In this document: positions 34,670 to 38,359 of the stretch, piece after piece
Layout of the letters: every line of letters starts with the position of its first letter
How positions within the stretch are numbered: the first letter of the stretch is position 1
From: a virus
Lineage: Duplodnaviria; Caudoviricetes
Reading direction: 5' to 3' (one strand)
IMG/VR virus record: IMGVR_UViG_3300037358_000195
Coordinates: 1-38,359 of that record
Length of the DNA: 38,359 nucleotides
The notes under the pieces: model-generated
Seen by the model: only the letters and a program-made list of their open reading frames with translations
The model's database searches: none
What the model was told of the DNA's origin: nothing
Made by a program: the position numbers and the translations under genes

Positions 34670-34995
34670 AGCCTTTTCGCCTCGTCCTCGCCGCCGCTCT
34701 CCTCTGCTTCGCCGGCTGCACGGCCGTCGAACAGGCCGACTTCAATACCTGGCTTAACAGCCCGAGCACGCAATCGGTCATCGGGAATATCGAGAATTTC
34801 GCGGTCAGTTTCCTCGAGGCGTACCTGACGAGCCATGTCACGGCCGGGAATCCAGTCACCGGGCCTGACTATTCGAAGGCAGAGCCGGGCGCGATCGCGG
34901 CGGTCCGGAAACAATTTCATCTGAACCAGGTGCAGGCGACGTGGGTCGTGCGCCAGGCCGAAGCGAGGCTCATCGCCGAGAGCAAAGTTCCGTAA
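34666..34995 (+). CDS. Lipoprotein (possible spanin component)
   Basis: MKPFRLVLAAALLCFAG-C lipobox. Confidence 0.7.
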   Translation: MKPFRLVLAAALLCFAGCTAVEQADFNTWLNSPSTQSVIGNIENFAVSFLEAYLTSHVTAGNPVTGPDYSKAEPGAIAAVRKQFHLNQVQATWVVRQAEARLIAESKVP

Positions 34996-35013
34996 CCCGT
35001 TTCTTCTCCTCTT

Positions 35014-35757
35014 ATGACCGATCACTCGCAAATGCGGCTCGGACGCAGAGCCATCAAGCGCGACTCGCGCACCCTCTGCCTCGCGCGCTATCTCGCTCCG
35101 GAGTTTCCGCCGGCGCCGCGCGCGAAAGCCTGGTCGCCTGCGGTAAAGCAGCCGTGGGGGATGCTCCTCAATGACCAGCTCGGGGACTGCACCATCGCCG
35201 CGGCCCTGCACCTGGATATGGCTTGGACCGCCAACGCAGGCGGCTCCTTCACCCCGACCGATGCGGACGCGCTCGATGCTTACGAGTCGATAGACGGCTA
35301 CGTGCCGGGCAATCCCAGCACGGACCAAGGCGGCATCGAACTCGATGTGCTGAATGCCTGGAAGAGCGCCGGCATCGCCGGCCGCAAGATTCTCGCGTTC
35401 GTCGCGGTGAATCCGAAGAGCCATAAGGAAGTCGAGCAGGCTATCGCGCTATTCGGTGGTCTGTATATCGGCGTCACACTGCCCGTGAGCGCCCAGACCC
35501 AACAGACCTGGTGGAATGCCGGCAACAACGACGGCGGCGTGTGGGGCGGCCATGCCGTGCCGGTCCTGGACTACGACGATGAATATCTGACGTGCGTCAC
35601 CTGGGGCGCGCTGAAGAAGATGACCTGGTCATTCTTCTATCGGTATTGCGATGAAGCCTACGCCGTCATTTCGACGGACTTCATCGAGCAGAATGGCCTC
35701 GATCCGTCCGGCTTCCGCCTCGCTCAACTTCAATGCGATCTCTCTCAGCTCCACTAA
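35014..35757 (+). CDS. Papain-like (C1-type) cysteine peptidase, putative lysin
   Basis: NDQLGDCTIAA (catalytic Cys), WGGHAV (His), TWG. Confidence 0.8.
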   Translation: MTDHSQMRLGRRAIKRDSRTLCLARYLAPEFPPAPRAKAWSPAVKQPWGMLLNDQLGDCTIAAALHLDMAWTANAGGSFTPTDADALDAYESIDGYVPGNPSTDQGGIELDVLNAWKSAGIAGRKILAFVAVNPKSHKEVEQAIALFGGLYIGVTLPVSAQTQQTWWNAGNNDGGVWGGHAVPVLDYDDEYLTCVTWGALKKMTWSFFYRYCDEAYAVISTDFIEQNGLDPSGFRLAQLQCDLSQLH

Positions 35758-35784
35758 TCCACTTACTTTTACTTTCGCCAGACC

Positions 35785-36750
35785 ATGCGCCCGACAGTCA
35801 CTCCGATTAGCGATCCGCTGTACGTCATTGCGGTTATCTCAAATCCTTGCCGTTATCATTCCCGGTACGAGCTATTCGAGGAGTTTCAGAAGTACGTGCG
35901 CGACTCCGGCGCGCAGCTCATTGTCGTAGAAGCCGCTTTCGGGGATCGCCCCCACGCGATCACCGACCGGCTGAACGAGAATCACCTTCAGCTCCGGGGC
36001 TCGCATGAAATTTGGCTCAAGGAAAACCTCATCAATGCGGGCCTCGCGCATCTCTGCAAGATTGATCCCCATTGGAAGCGCGTCGCGTGGGTCGATGCGG
36101 ATGTGAAGTTCTCGCGCCAGGATTGGGTCCAGGAGACGATCCAGCAATTGCAGCATTTCCCGATCGTGCAGATGTTCTCACGCGCGCACAATCTCGGGCC
36201 GGATCATAGCGTTATTTCGGACGAGGCCGGCTTCGCGTTCTCCTACCGCAACGGCCTTGTGGAATGGGACTATGACGGCGGGTATCGCTCGCCGGCGGAA
36301 TGGCATCCCGGCTACGCATGGGCTGCCCGTCGCGAGGCCATCGACGCCTTGGGCGGCCTGCTCGATATCGCCATCCTGGGGAGCGGCGACCAGCTCATGG
36401 CCCGCGCCCTGATCGGACGCGGCCGTGATTTCATCAATCCGGCGATGCACCCTCACTATCTCGCGGAAGTGGACCGCTGGCAGGAGCGCGCCGAGCGCCA
36501 CATCCGCCGGAACATTGGCTTCGTCCCGACTGCCGTGTTCCATTCCTGGCACGGCAGCAAGAGCCGGCGCGGCTACCTGGACCGCTGGAAGATTCTTCGC
36601 GATCTGCAATACGATCCCTTGCACGATATCAAGCGGGACAGCCAGGGGCTTTACCAGCTCGTGGACCATGGCGACGTCCGGAGCATTGAATTGCGGGACA
36701 AACTTCAGGCATATTTCCGGAGCCGCAACGAAGACTCCATCGACCCGTGA
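35785..36750 (+). CDS. GT-A fold glycosyltransferase
   Basis: WLKENLIN, WVDADV (DxD), HPGYAWA, ILGSGD and HSWHG motifs. Confidence 0.78.
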   Translation: MRPTVTPISDPLYVIAVISNPCRYHSRYELFEEFQKYVRDSGAQLIVVEAAFGDRPHAITDRLNENHLQLRGSHEIWLKENLINAGLAHLCKIDPHWKRVAWVDADVKFSRQDWVQETIQQLQHFPIVQMFSRAHNLGPDHSVISDEAGFAFSYRNGLVEWDYDGGYRSPAEWHPGYAWAARREAIDALGGLLDIAILGSGDQLMARALIGRGRDFINPAMHPHYLAEVDRWQERAERHIRRNIGFVPTAVFHSWHGSKSRRGYLDRWKILRDLQYDPLHDIKRDSQGLYQLVDHGDVRSIELRDKLQAYFRSRNEDSIDP

Positions 36751-36977
36751 TCGCAGACAATTACCACCTTTTGCTTACGATCTCCCGGGTGTGGCATATC
36801 GACGAAAGCCCGAGCCGCAAGCCGTGGTCCTGGTACTGCCGAAGCATGGGCTTTGATCCGAAGCATCCGGACGCCAAGCGCGCCTACGGGAACGGGCATA
36901 CCTGGGCGCATCGCCGGCGCCGCGAGGAGCTGCACCCGGAGCTTGGATATCGGCGCACCTTTCGACGGGCGGCGTAA
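36747..36977 (+). CDS. Hypothetical basic protein, 76 aa
   Basis: GTGA overlap with the upstream stop; fills the gap. Confidence 0.45.
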   Translation: MIADNYHLLLTISRVWHIDESPSRKPWSWYCRSMGFDPKHPDAKRAYGNGHTWAHRRRREELHPELGYRRTFRRAA

Positions 36978-36999
36978 CCGTTGACACCCGATCCGGGGA

Positions 37000-37599
37000 A
37001 TGCTCCTCGGTTTAAGCGGAGGGGTCGCCATTTACCAGTGGCCCGACCTCTCGATCACGTTCACGGCCGCGGCCAATGATGACGACGATGGGGACCCGGA
37101 TGCCTACACGCCAGGCAACGCAGGCCGCGACACTCTCGCCGACGCCCAGGACGGCCAGGGCAACTGGTGCGGGATCGCGGTCAATCCCAACGGCACTCCC
37201 TACGTCCAGGGACCCGAGGACCCTCAGCCGGGCGCCTACGTTTCGACCACGTCGTACGAGTGGCCGCAGTTCCCGATCTGGGATCCACGCCGTTACCTCG
37301 ATGCTCAAAAGGTGCCCTACATCGTCGTACCAGGCTCCCTACGCCGCCGGTGCAAGGGAATCCTCCTCGGAGCCGCGGCGACGGTCCAGAACCTCTCCAA
37401 CGGCCTTTCGGTAGTCGCCCTGGTTGGCGATATGGGGCCCCGAGTCGGGGAACTCTCGAGCGCCGCCAACATCGCCCTCGGCGTCGATCCCGATCCGCGC
37501 AGCGGCGGCGACCAGCGGCTCAAGTTCTACTACACCCTTCGTCCAGGAACGCCGGCGGTCGTAAACGGCATCACCTACCCGCTCATTCGCTGCCCATGA
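37000..37599 (+). CDS. GH75 (fungal-type chitosanase)-like glycoside hydrolase, putative endolysin
   Basis: DDDGDPDAY, YLDAQKVPYIVVP, LLGAAATV and ALVGDMGPRVGELSSAANIALG match GH75 motifs (DxDG; GDxGP...GExS). Confidence 0.8.
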   Translation: MLLGLSGGVAIYQWPDLSITFTAAANDDDDGDPDAYTPGNAGRDTLADAQDGQGNWCGIAVNPNGTPYVQGPEDPQPGAYVSTTSYEWPQFPIWDPRRYLDAQKVPYIVVPGSLRRRCKGILLGAAATVQNLSNGLSVVALVGDMGPRVGELSSAANIALGVDPDPRSGGDQRLKFYYTLRPGTPAVVNGITYPLIRCP

Positions 37600-37886
37600 A
37601 ATCCCAAGGTTCGCCGGCCAGCTCCCCAGGTGAAATTCACTATCTGGACAAGGAATCCCAAATTGGCGACCGCATCACAGGACGCCTGACAAGCCCCGAT
37701 CTGGAATGGATCGAGCGCCAGCTCCCCTCGATAACCTCGCCGTTCGCCCGTCTCCTCATTCTAATCCTGCTGTGCCAGGTCCGGCTTCTGCGGTCCGGAA
37801 GTGAAGCAAAACGGAGCAAAATCTTTTCCGTAAAACGCCGCCAAGCGCCATCCGTCCGTTGCGAGCATCGCCCCTCTCCAGAGTAA
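37596..37886 (+). CDS. Hypothetical protein, 96 aa
   Basis: ATG 37596 overlaps the upstream stop (ATGA). Confidence 0.45.
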   Translation: MKSQGSPASSPGEIHYLDKESQIGDRITGRLTSPDLEWIERQLPSITSPFARLLILILLCQVRLLRSGSEAKRSKIFSVKRRQAPSVRCEHRPSPE

Positions 37887-37931
37887 ATCGGCGAATCGAG
37901 TGCGTTTTGAGGAATCCCTGATTCCATTGGC

Positions 37932-37956
37932 GCGGGTTCAAGTCCCGCCCCGAGCA
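37932..37956 (+). other. att core: 3' fragment of a tRNA gene (T arm plus 3' acceptor strand, Leu-like); not a complete tRNA
   Basis: GCGGG-TTCAAGT-CCCGC-CCCGAGC-A; no GCTCGGG 5' acceptor strand or D arm upstream. Confidence 0.85.
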
Positions 37957-38140
37957 CTTTTTTCTTCGGCAATCGGGGCATTGTCCTGATTGGCAGTGAC
38001 ATATCGGTGGCGGCGAGGTCATGCGACAACGGCGAACCATGCAGCGGCCGGATGTCTGCTCGGACATGGCAGCGCAAAAAATCTCCTCTCCGACGCAATT
38101 TTACTTGTCACACCCACTTTAGGTGCTTTATACACCCATT

Positions 38141-38359
38141 GTGCTAGGCCAAACTAAAGAGGATTTTGTGAAGCGATTCCCGAGTGAGGAATCGTGTATC
38201 CGCTTTCTGGAGGAGGTGCGATGGGCGGGTGGACAGGTTCGGTCGCCTTTCACGGATGGTGAAGCCTACGCGATCAGAAGCCGTCCAGGCCTTTACAAAT
38301 GCAAGGACACGCGCCAGCAATTCACCGTTCGACGGGGAACCATATTTGAGGAATCCCAT
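38141..38359 (+). mobile_element. N-terminus of an IS1595-family transposase (runs off the window edge; not in the ORF track)
   Basis: From GTG 38141: ...KRFPSEESCIRFLEEVRWAGGQVRSPFTDGEAYAIRSRPGLYKCKDTRQQFTVRRGTIFEESH, matching the IS1595 pattern FxxExxCxxxLxxxRW...YxCxxxxxxFxVxxGTIF. Confidence 0.85.

Larger units (their letters stand above)
1..37956. mobile_element. Prophage (siphovirus-like, lambda-type packaging), probably integrated at a tRNA 3' end; left att lies outside the window; possibly defective
   Basis: Integrase at the left end; ordered terminase-portal-protease-capsid-tail-tape measure-lysis genes; tRNA 3'-end duplicate at 37932-37956; IS gene beyond it. Confidence 0.93.

Noticed and set aside
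37870-37956. Complete tRNA gene
   Set aside because: No 5' acceptor strand or D arm; only the 3' portion is tRNA-like
38144-38359. 71-aa minus-strand ORF in the track
   Set aside because: The + strand frame from 38141 has clear IS1595 transposase motifs

Overview
Almost the whole window (1 to about 37956) is one temperate siphovirus-like prophage in a GC-rich host. A Verrucomicrobiota-like host is my inference from gene style and was not tested. From left to right it carries: a tyrosine integrase; a divergent pair of paralogous ribbon-helix-helix regulators, one frameshifted; a chimeric, N-terminally truncated DNA-glycosyltransferase-like gene that probably marks a deletion of the replication module; a small accessory block (two ORFs sharing a pseudoknot-like leader, a SymE-like gene, and RarA/MgsA split into two genes); lambda-type terminase, portal and S49 protease; capsid; a tail module with a -1 frameshift chaperone, tape measure and Ig-rich tip proteins; an HTH + sigma-region-2 fusion gene; three signal-peptide proteins; and an atypical lysis block (holin-like, lipoprotein, papain-like peptidase, glycosyltransferase, GH75-like hydrolase). 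It ends at a duplicated tRNA 3' end (att site), followed by the start of an IS1595-family transposase. The most unusual signals are a TTGACA hexamer 13-16 nt before many late-gene start codons together with a possibly permuted phage sigma-like protein, a repeated 32-nt H-type pseudoknot exactly 10 nt before two ATGs, a two-RHH genetic switch, and the chitosanase/papain lysis cassette. All family calls come from motifs read by eye; no searches were run.
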